Assembly: GCF_028368995.1 (NCBI RefSeq)
Contig: NZ_JAQNDL010000002.1
Coordinates: forward strand, 609,724-673,723
From: Nannocystis bainbridge
Lineage (GTDB): Bacteria; Myxococcota_A; Polyangia; Nannocystales; Nannocystaceae
Direction of reading: 5' to 3'
DNA: 64,000 nucleotides
A program made the position numbers and the translations under genes. This document shows positions 57,178-64,000 of this stretch, in pieces. Position 1 is the stretch's first letter. Every line of letters starts with the position of its first letter. The notes under the pieces are model-generated. The model was given only the letters and a program-made list of their open reading frames with translations, did no database searches and had not been told where the DNA came from.

Positions 57178-60048
57178 GTGGGAGCCCGCTCGCCCGACGA
57201 CGTGTGCTCCGGGCCCTCCGGCCCGGACCTGCTCGCGACCACCGACGCGAAGTCGCCGGCGCTGGACGTCACCGCCCGCGCCGGCGCCAGCCCGATCGAG
57301 AAGACGGTCCTTGCAGCACCTGTCCGCAAGGACAGCACGCCGCACGTGAGCGCCGGCGTCAGCCTGCGCGCCGCGATCGCGCTCGACGACTCGCTGCTCC
57401 GGCAGTCGCGGCGGATCGGTCGCTACGCGATCCTGAGCGAGCTCGGCGAGGGCGGCATGGGCGTGGTCCTGTCGGGCTACGACGAGGTGCTCGAGCGCCG
57501 CGTCGCCATCAAGGTGCTGCGCTCGCACAACCGCCAGGACGGGCGCCTGCAGGCCCGCCTGCTGCGCGAGGCGCAGGCGCTGGCCCGCCTGTCGCACCCC
57601 AACGTGGTCCAGGTCTACGAGGCCGGGGCGCTCGGCGACGAGCTGTTCATCGCCATGGAGTTCGTCCGCGGCGTCACGCTCTCGGCGTGGCTGGCCGACC
57701 GCGCGCGCACGCAGCAGGAGATCCTCGCGGTGTTCGCCGAGGCCGGGCGCGGGCTGGCGGCGGCCCACCGCGTCGGCCTCACGCACCGCGACTTCAAGCC
57801 CGGCAACGTGCTCGTCGACCTCGAAGGCCGCGTGCGCGTGGTCGATTTCGGCCTGGCCGCGCTCGCCGAGCAGGCCGAGCGGCCCACCAGCGAGGAGCTG
57901 GCCGGCGTCGGCGTCGAGCGCACCGGCGTGCTCGCCGGCACGCCGGCGTACATGGCCCCCGAGCAGTGGCTCGGCGAGCAGGTCGACGCCCGCACCGATC
58001 AGTTCAGCTTCTGCGTCGCGCTGTGGGAGGCGCTGGTCGGCGCCCGGCCGTTCACCGGCGACAGCGTCGACGAGCTGCGCGACCAGGTCCTGGTCGCCGA
58101 TCTGCCCGAGCGCGTGCACGTCGGCCCGCGGATCGGCAAGCGGCTCTACCGGGTGCTCGCGCGGGGCCTCGCGCGGGTCCCCGACGGCCGCTATCCCAGC
58201 ATGGACGCGCTGCTGGCCGACCTCGCCGGCCCGCAGGTGCGCGCCCGCCATGCGGTGCTCGGGCTCGGGCTCGGCGCCGTGATCGGCCTGGCCGCGGCCG
58301 CGTGGAGCTTCCAGGACGAGGGCCGCTGCCTCGGCGCCGAGGCCCGGCTCGTCGGCGTGTGGGACCCGGCCCGCCGCGACGCCGCCGCCGACGCCTTCGA
58401 GGCCGCCGGGGTCGGGTTCGCCGACGAGGCGTGGACGCAGGTCGCCGGCCGCCTCGACGCCCGCGCCGACGCGATCGTGGCCATGCACCGCCACGCCTGC
58501 GAGGCCCACGCCCGCGGCGAGCAGTCCGAGCACCTGCTCGACCTGCGCATGGCCTGTCTTTCGCGCCATGTCCATGAGGTCAGGGCCGTCACCGACCTGC
58601 TGGTGGCCGCCGACGCCGGCGTGGTCGAGCGGGCCGTCGACGCCGTGGCCGCGCTGCCGCCGATCGAGCGCTGCGCCGACGTCGCGCTGCTGACCGCCGA
58701 GGTCGCGCCGCCGGCCGATCCGGCCACCGCGCTGGCCGTCGACAACGTCCGCCGCGCGCTCGCCAACGTCGCCGCGCTCGAGCACACCGGCCGCTACGAG
58801 GCCGGCCGGCTCGGCGCCGAGCAGGCCGTCGCCGCCGCCGAGGCCACCGCCTACGCCCCGGCCGTCGCCGAGGCCCAGCTCGCGCGCGGCCGCTTGCTCG
58901 CGCTCGTGCAGCGCGACGGCGAGGCCGAGACCAGCCTGCGCGCCGCCTTCACCACCGCCACCGCCAGCCACCAGGACGCGGTCGCCCGCGACGCCGCCGC
59001 CGCGCTCGTCGAGACCCTCAACACCCTCGGCCGCCTCGACCACGCCCAGGTCTGGCTCGAGATCGCCGCCGCCGCCCAGGCCCGCGCGCCCGACGACGGC
59101 GCCGCCGCTTTCCTCGATCTCGCGCGCAGCAAGCTGCTGTGGTCGCTCGGGCGCTACGCCGAGTCCGAGGCCGCCATCGAGCGCAGCGTCGCCGCCTACG
59201 ACGCCCTCCACGGCCCCGACAACCCCGCCACCGCGCGCGCGCGCCAGTGGTTCGGCACCGCGCTGTGGGCCCGCCAGGAGTTCGCTCGCTCCAAGGCTGT
59301 CCTTCCGGACAGCCGCGCCCGCCTCGAGCGCCTCTACGGCCCCGAGCACCCCGAGGTCGCCGCCGCCCTGCGCTTCGAGGGCAACCTCTACTTCGCGCTC
59401 ACCGACTTCGACGCCGCCCTCGCGACCTGGCGCCGCGGCCTCGACATCATCCTCCGCACCCGCGGCGAGGACGACCCGCTGGTGGTCGTGCTGCAGGGCA
59501 ACATCGCCGCCGCGCTGGCCCGCGCGCGCCGCCCCGTCGACGCCGTCGCCGCCTTCGAGGCCGTCGTGCGCACGCTCGAGCGCCGCCACGGCCCCGACCA
59601 CATCGAGCTGTGCACCCAGCTCGACAACCTCGGCGCGTCCTACCTCGAGGCCGGCCAGCTCGGCCCCTCGCGCCTGGCCATCGACCGCTCGCTGGCGATC
59701 CGCCGCCGCGTCCTCGGCGAGGGCCACGCCGAGGTCGCGCGCTCGCTGCTCGGCCTCGGCGAGTGGGGCCTGCACGCCCGCGACTACGCCACCGCCATCC
59801 CCGCGTTCGAGCGCGCCCTGGCGATCCGCGCCGGCACCGACGTGCACGCCCTCCTGCGCGGCCGCGCCGAGTACGGCCTGGCCCGCGCGCTGTGGCTGTC
59901 GGACCGCGACCGCGGCCGCGCCCGCGCCCTCATCGATCAGGCCGTCGCCACCTTCACCTCGCTCGGCCAGGCCGGCTCGCTCGACCTGAACGAGGCGACG
60001 GCCTGGCGCACCGAGAACGTGCCGCCCGCGGTCGCGCCGAAGCGCTGA
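57178..60048 (+). CDS. Serine/threonine protein kinase with C-terminal TPR repeats (start uncertain, possibly near 57300)
   Basis: Hanks kinase subdomains (GEGGMGVV, AIKVL, HRDFKPGN, DFG, APEQ) followed by many TPR-like helices. Confidence 0.75.
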   Translation: MGARSPDDVCSGPSGPDLLATTDAKSPALDVTARAGASPIEKTVLAAPVRKDSTPHVSAGVSLRAAIALDDSLLRQSRRIGRYAILSELGEGGMGVVLSGYDEVLERRVAIKVLRSHNRQDGRLQARLLREAQALARLSHPNVVQVYEAGALGDELFIAMEFVRGVTLSAWLADRARTQQEILAVFAEAGRGLAAAHRVGLTHRDFKPGNVLVDLEGRVRVVDFGLAALAEQAERPTSEELAGVGVERTGVLAGTPAYMAPEQWLGEQVDARTDQFSFCVALWEALVGARPFTGDSVDELRDQVLVADLPERVHVGPRIGKRLYRVLARGLARVPDGRYPSMDALLADLAGPQVRARHAVLGLGLGAVIGLAAAAWSFQDEGRCLGAEARLVGVWDPARRDAAADAFEAAGVGFADEAWTQVAGRLDARADAIVAMHRHACEAHARGEQSEHLLDLRMACLSRHVHEVRAVTDLLVAADAGVVERAVDAVAALPPIERCADVALLTAEVAPPADPATALAVDNVRRALANVAALEHTGRYEAGRLGAEQAVAAAEATAYAPAVAEAQLARGRLLALVQRDGEAETSLRAAFTTATASHQDAVARDAAAALVETLNTLGRLDHAQVWLEIAAAAQARAPDDGAAAFLDLARSKLLWSLGRYAESEAAIERSVAAYDALHGPDNPATARARQWFGTALWARQEFARSKAVLPDSRARLERLYGPEHPEVAAALRFEGNLYFALTDFDAALATWRRGLDIILRTRGEDDPLVVVLQGNIAAALARARRPVDAVAAFEAVVRTLERRHGPDHIELCTQLDNLGASYLEAGQLGPSRLAIDRSLAIRRRVLGEGHAEVARSLLGLGEWGLHARDYATAIPAFERALAIRAGTDVHALLRGRAEYGLARALWLSDRDRGRARALIDQAVATFTSLGQAGSLDLNEATAWRTENVPPAVAPKR

Positions 60049-60108
60049 CGTCCGGCGCGCCACCATCGCCGCTGGCGCCTGGCCACGCGGGCGCGCTACG
60101 TTCCGCGC

Positions 60109-60852
60109 ATGCGCCACGCCATCGTCTTCGGGGCCACCTCTGCCATCGCCGCCGAGGTGTGCGCGCGCTGGGCCGCGCGCGGCGATCGGCTCCACCTGGT
60201 CGGGCGTGACTCCGACAAGCTCGCGGCCGTGGCCGCCCGCTGCGGCGCCGCCGAGGTCACCACCGCCGCGGGCGATTTCACCGACCTCGCGCGCGCCGAG
60301 GCCCTCGCGCACGAGGCTGTCGCCGCGCTCGGCGGCCGCGTCGACGTCGTCCTCGTCGCCCACGGCGACCTCGGCGATCAGCAGCGCAGCGAGCACGACG
60401 TCGCCGAGGCCGCGCGCATCGTCCAGACCAACTTCCTCTCGGTCGTCGCTCTGCTGGTCCCGCTGGCGAACGTGCTCGAGCGCCAGCGCAGCGGTACGCT
60501 CGCCGTCATCACCTCCGTCGCCGGCGAGCGCGGCCGCCCGCGCAACTACACCTACGGGGCCGCCAAGGGCGCCCTGCACGTGTACCTGCAGGGGCTGCGC
60601 AGCCGCCTCTACCCCGCGGGCGTCACCGTCACCACCCTCAAGCTCGGCCCGGTCGACACCCCCATGACCGTCGGCCACCCCCGGAACGCCCTGTTCGCCA
60701 CCCCGCAGCGGGCCGCCCGCGACATCGATCGCGCCATCGCTCGCCGGGCCGTCGTCGCCTTCGTCCCGTGGTACTGGCGCCCGATCCTGTTCGTCGTCCG
60801 CCACACCCCCGAGCCGCTGTTCCAGCGCCTCGGCTTTCTCTCCGGCCGCTGA
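60109..60852 (+). CDS. SDR-family short-chain dehydrogenase/reductase
   Basis: Cofactor-binding region VFGATSAIAAEV, NFLS, catalytic YxxxK (YTYGAAKGAL). Confidence 0.8.
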   Translation: MRHAIVFGATSAIAAEVCARWAARGDRLHLVGRDSDKLAAVAARCGAAEVTTAAGDFTDLARAEALAHEAVAALGGRVDVVLVAHGDLGDQQRSEHDVAEAARIVQTNFLSVVALLVPLANVLERQRSGTLAVITSVAGERGRPRNYTYGAAKGALHVYLQGLRSRLYPAGVTVTTLKLGPVDTPMTVGHPRNALFATPQRAARDIDRAIARRAVVAFVPWYWRPILFVVRHTPEPLFQRLGFLSGR

Positions 60853-60894
60853 CCGGCCCGCGCCGCGCCGCTCCGCGCGGTCACCGACCGCGGC

Positions 60895-61010
60895 GATCTA
60901 TCGATCGTCGTCTTGGAGACATGTACCGAAGGTCATGCCCCAAAGGTCATGCCTGTATGGACATGCTCGATCGAGCATGCCTCGTCGACCATGTCGTCTC
61001 AGCCGAGCTC
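60895..61010. repeat. REP-like repeat cluster (CATG/CCATG variant)
   Basis: ggagacatgtaccgaaggtcatgccccaaaggtcatgcctgtatggacatgctcgatcgagcatgcctcgtcgaccatgtcgtc. Confidence 0.55.
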
Positions 61011-62864
61011 GCCCCAGCGGACGATCGTGCCGTCCTCCGAGCTGCTCCACAGCGCCCCGTCGGCCCACGTCAGCGCCCGCACCGCGTCGGTGTGAAAGCG
61101 CAGCGTCGCCACCGTCGCCCCGTCGGCGACCCGGTGCTGCACGATCGGCCCGGCGGGGTGGCCGACGAACAGCCAGCGCCCCGCGTCGTCGAAGCAGAGG
61201 CAGCGGTGGAATTCCGGCTCGCCGTCCAGCTCGGCCGCCAGTTCGACGGTCGTCCCCGCGGCCACGTCGACGAGCCGCGGGCGATCGACGCCGATCACGC
61301 CCACGTGCGCGCCGTCGCGGCTGATCGCCACGCTCAAGGCGTTCGTCGGCAGCGTCAGCGACTGCAGCGGCTTGCCCTTGGCAAGACCCACCACCACCAG
61401 CGCGGCGCCGACGGCCACCGCCGCCGCGGAGTCGCACAGGGCGATGCGAGGGAAGCGGCCGGGCAACTTGAGGTTCTTGGCCCATTTCGTCGCTCCGAAC
61501 GCGCGCCACTGGGCCTGTGCCGTCGGCTCCGTCATCCGCGACGCCGGGTAGTTGGACGAAGTCACGCCCCAGGTCCGGCCGTCGGGCGCCAGCGCCAGCT
61601 CGCCGGCGCGGCGCTGGACCTCGAGCAACTCGCCCGGTTGGCCGGCGGCGTCGAACTGGGTCACCTTCAGCGGCTGGAGCGGGTAGGACTCGTGGAACAC
61701 CAGCAGGCGCTGCCCGTCGGCGGTCGTGGCGATGTCGTGGACCTCGCGCACGTCCAGCAGCTTCCGCGCGCCGCTGCCGAGCTCGAGCTTCACCACCGAC
61801 GGCCTCGAGTTGGCCGGCTGACACGACTGCAGCGTCAACCTCTCGCCGTGGACGAACAGTCGCTGCGCGCCGGGGCTGTAGCCGGTGATCGTAGCGAGCG
61901 GCTGCTCCGGCCGATCGACGCGCCAGATCCTCACCGTCGCGGTCGCGTGATCGATGGCCGCGACGTGGCCCGCGCTTGCGGCCGCAGCCTGGCCGGCCCA
62001 GCCCGACATCTGCCCGGTGGCGCTCTCCAGCTCGACGCTGAAGACCACCCGCTGCTCGGCGACGTCCCACACCTGCACCGCGCCCTGGATGGCGTGGAGG
62101 GCGATCCGGCTGCGGTCGTACGCGATCGACCCGCCGTCGGCTCGGCGGGGCAGGTCGCCCTGCCGCACGATCGCGCCGTCGACGAACGCGACCCGCTCGC
62201 CGCTCTTACCCACCATCCCGCGGGCGTCGGCGAAGAACGGCTTGAAGGCGCCGAAGAACGGCGCGTCGTCGAGCGCCTCGAGCCGCCCGTCGGGATGGAC
62301 CGCCACCATCGCGTCGCCCCGCAGGTACACCACCCCGTCGGGACGCACCGCCAGCCACAGCGCCTCCGCGACCTCCGGCGGCAGCGCCACCTCGCGGAGG
62401 GGCGCCCCCGTCGCCGCGTCGACGAAGCACAGCGCCGGAGACGGGCCCTCGCGCCGCCACACCAGCTGCGCGCCGTCGGGTGAGACGGCGCCGCAGAAGT
62501 GCTCGCCGAATGGTTCGCTCGCCAGCAGCTCGACCACGCGTCCGGTCGCCGGCCACACCCGCGCGACGACGCGACCGCTCGCGCCGTGGGCCCACGCCAG
62601 CACCGATTCGCCGTCAGGGTGCGCGACCATCCACGCCACGCCGACCACAGCGACGCTCGCCCGCGGCGGTGACGGTGCCGACGGATCGTGCAGCGTGATC
62701 CCGTGGCTGCCGCCGACCACCAGCGACCCGTCGGCGAGGAACGCCAGCGCGTGCGGCTTGCCGGCGAAGATCCGCAGCGAAGGCGCGCGCGGGGCAGGGG
62801 GCAGGTGGACGATCGGGGCCGAGGGGAGCGGATTCCAGGTCATGACGGGCAGCGCAACCTCCAT
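60999..62864 (-). CDS. Beta-propeller (WD40/PQQ-like) repeat protein, hypothetical
   Basis: 621-aa coherent ORF with repeated ..DG..L..GS.DG.I.VW.. strands. Ends ..EDGTIVRWGELG. Confidence 0.5.
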   Translation of the reverse strand: MEVALPVMTWNPLPSAPIVHLPPAPRAPSLRIFAGKPHALAFLADGSLVVGGSHGITLHDPSAPSPPRASVAVVGVAWMVAHPDGESVLAWAHGASGRVVARVWPATGRVVELLASEPFGEHFCGAVSPDGAQLVWRREGPSPALCFVDAATGAPLREVALPPEVAEALWLAVRPDGVVYLRGDAMVAVHPDGRLEALDDAPFFGAFKPFFADARGMVGKSGERVAFVDGAIVRQGDLPRRADGGSIAYDRSRIALHAIQGAVQVWDVAEQRVVFSVELESATGQMSGWAGQAAAASAGHVAAIDHATATVRIWRVDRPEQPLATITGYSPGAQRLFVHGERLTLQSCQPANSRPSVVKLELGSGARKLLDVREVHDIATTADGQRLLVFHESYPLQPLKVTQFDAAGQPGELLEVQRRAGELALAPDGRTWGVTSSNYPASRMTEPTAQAQWRAFGATKWAKNLKLPGRFPRIALCDSAAAVAVGAALVVVGLAKGKPLQSLTLPTNALSVAISRDGAHVGVIGVDRPRLVDVAAGTTVELAAELDGEPEFHRCLCFDDAGRWLFVGHPAGPIVQHRVADGATVATLRFHTDAVRALTWADGALWSSSEDGTIVRWGELG

Positions 62865-62924
62865 AGCAGCGCGCGGGTCGCGTCCGCAAGCGCCCCCGAC
62901 GCGTGCCCCCTGATAGGAACGAAA

Positions 62925-62990
62925 GACAGGACGCGAGGGACATTCTCACGAGATGTCCCTTCAGACATGTCCCCAAGAACACCCGCTCAG
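62925..62990. repeat. REP-like repeat cluster
   Basis: gagggacattctcacgagatgtcccttcagacatgtccccaag. Confidence 0.55.
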
Positions 62991-63994
62991 TACAGCCGCA
63001 GCACCACCACGCACGCGTCCCACACCACGTGGCAGACCAGCACCGCGAACAGGCTGCGGGTCTTGAGCCCGAGCCAGGCCCAGAAGAACCCCGCGCCCGC
63101 GGCCGCCACCACCAACGCTGGCACCCCGAGGCTCACGTGGGCCACCGCGAACGCGGCCGCCGACGCCGCCGCGCCCCACCACGGGCCCGCGCGCGACGCC
63201 ACCGCGAACGCCACCGCCCCGCGCCACACCACCTCCTCCGCCGCCGCGATCAGCGGCAGCAGCACCGCCGCCGCGCCGGCCGGAAGCAGGTAGACCCAGC
63301 CGTACACCGCGGCCACCTGGACCCGCGCCTCCGGCGTCACCGCGAACAGCACCTGGCTCCCGATCCACCCGGCCACCAGCAGCGCCGCCGCGGCGACGAT
63401 CCCCCGGGCCAGCCCGCGCAGGCTCGGCCGCCACAGCTCCCGCCACGGCAGCCGCACCAGCGCCAGGCACAGCGGCACCAGCACCACGTTGGCCGCCAGC
63501 ATCCGCCACCACACGTGCGGCGTCAGCGACCCGAGCGCCCAGATCAGCCCCACCGCCAGCGGCACCAGCCAGGCCAGGTGGACAGCGCCTTTGGAACATG
63601 TCTTGAAGAACATGTCCTCATCGCCACGTCGCAGCCGCAGCGACAGCCCCAGCCACGGTTCGACCCCCGCCGCCAGCTCCACGATCCGGGCCTCCGTCAG
63701 CGGCTGCGTCACCACCCCCAGCTCGGCCGCCGCCGGCCCCGGATCGCCGACCAGGCCGTGCGTCAGCAGCCCGAGCTGCGAGCGCGTCAGCAGCGGAGCC
63801 GGCAGCTTCTCGAGCCCCGCCACCGCGACTGCCAGCAGCGGCGCAGGGCAGGGGATGAGCGTCACCGGCAGCCCCAGCGCGTCGGCCACTCGCTGCACCA
63901 CCGCGCGCAGCGTCAGCACCTCCGGCCCTACAACGTCGTAGCAGCGCCCGATCGCCGCCGGCCGCTCCAGCGCCGCCGCGACCGCCCGCGCCAC
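62987..63994 (-). CDS. Continuous ORF: NAD(P)-binding NDUFA9/NmrA-like C-terminal region (continuing beyond the window end) joined without a stop to a CPBP-family (CAAX) intramembrane protease domain; a REP-like repeat lies at the junction
   Basis: CPBP motifs EEVVWRG (EExxxR), FAVAHV, HVVWDA in the last 200 aa. Upstream part YDVVGPEVLTLRAVVQRVADALGLPVTLIP..PLLTRSQLGLLT resembles the C-terminus of NDUFA9-like epimerases. Junction ..RRGDEDMFFKTCSKG.. is encoded by the repeat at 63580-63620. Confidence 0.45.
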   Translation of the reverse strand: MARAVAAALERPAAIGRCYDVVGPEVLTLRAVVQRVADALGLPVTLIPCPAPLLAVAVAGLEKLPAPLLTRSQLGLLTHGLVGDPGPAAAELGVVTQPLTEARIVELAAGVEPWLGLSLRLRRGDEDMFFKTCSKGAVHLAWLVPLAVGLIWALGSLTPHVWWRMLAANVVLVPLCLALVRLPWRELWRPSLRGLARGIVAAAALLVAGWIGSQVLFAVTPEARVQVAAVYGWVYLLPAGAAAVLLPLIAAAEEVVWRGAVAFAVASRAGPWWGAAASAAAFAVAHVSLGVPALVVAAAGAGFFWAWLGLKTRSLFAVLVCHVVWDACVVVLRLY

Positions 63995-64000
63995 GTCCTC

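Overview
This is a 64 kb window of very high-GC (~70-72%) bacterial chromosome whose gene content looks myxobacterial. It has many Ser/Thr kinases, an ECF sigma factor, TPR and WG-repeat proteins, numerous lipoproteins, M16 peptidase pairs and DUF1552/DUF1592 pairs. About 45 protein-coding genes can be supported on both strands. The many additional long six-frame ORFs are Arg/Pro/Gly/His-rich antisense artefacts of the GC content. No rRNA, tRNA, CRISPR array, transposase or integrase was recognised.

Recognised genes include:
- Start of window: a 5'-truncated RND/MMPL-type exporter and a cognate lipoprotein.
- Aerotolerance-like group: a BatA/BatB-like double-VWA membrane protein.
- Small biosynthetic-looking locus: two alpha/beta hydrolases, a ThDP-dependent acetolactate-synthase-like enzyme, a KAS III (FabH-like) enzyme and a divergent FAD-dependent oxidoreductase, followed by a truncated threonyl-tRNA synthetase paralog.
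- Defence island: a low-GC two-gene Septu-like pair, an AAA ATPase plus a small HNH nuclease.
- Processing/modification group: an O-methyltransferase and an active/inactive M16 peptidase pair.
- Signalling and housekeeping: a DUF937/OmpA protein, a hybrid PAS histidine kinase/response regulator, an amino-acid dehydrogenase, msrB, rsgA, an ECF sigma factor divergent from a Ser/Thr kinase-WD40 protein, a second Ser/Thr kinase-TPR protein, an SDR and a CPBP protease.
- Unusual neighbourhood: a clear bacterial homolog of the eukaryotic major vault protein, immediately followed by an orphan radical-SAM/SPASM enzyme, a zinc-ribbon membrane protein with an acidic tandem-repeat tail, and a divergently transcribed HTTM (vitamin-K-dependent gamma-carboxylase-like) membrane protein.

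The most striking non-coding signal is a short hairpin-forming inverted repeat, core CATGTCC-N4-GGACATG with a GGACAGGTC variant. It is iterated in tandem in almost every intergenic region of the window (at least 17 sites), sometimes with a 63-66 bp higher-order period. It is also found in-frame inside several coding sequences, notably the kinase linker.

All identifications are from motif and domain recall by eye. No database search was run.
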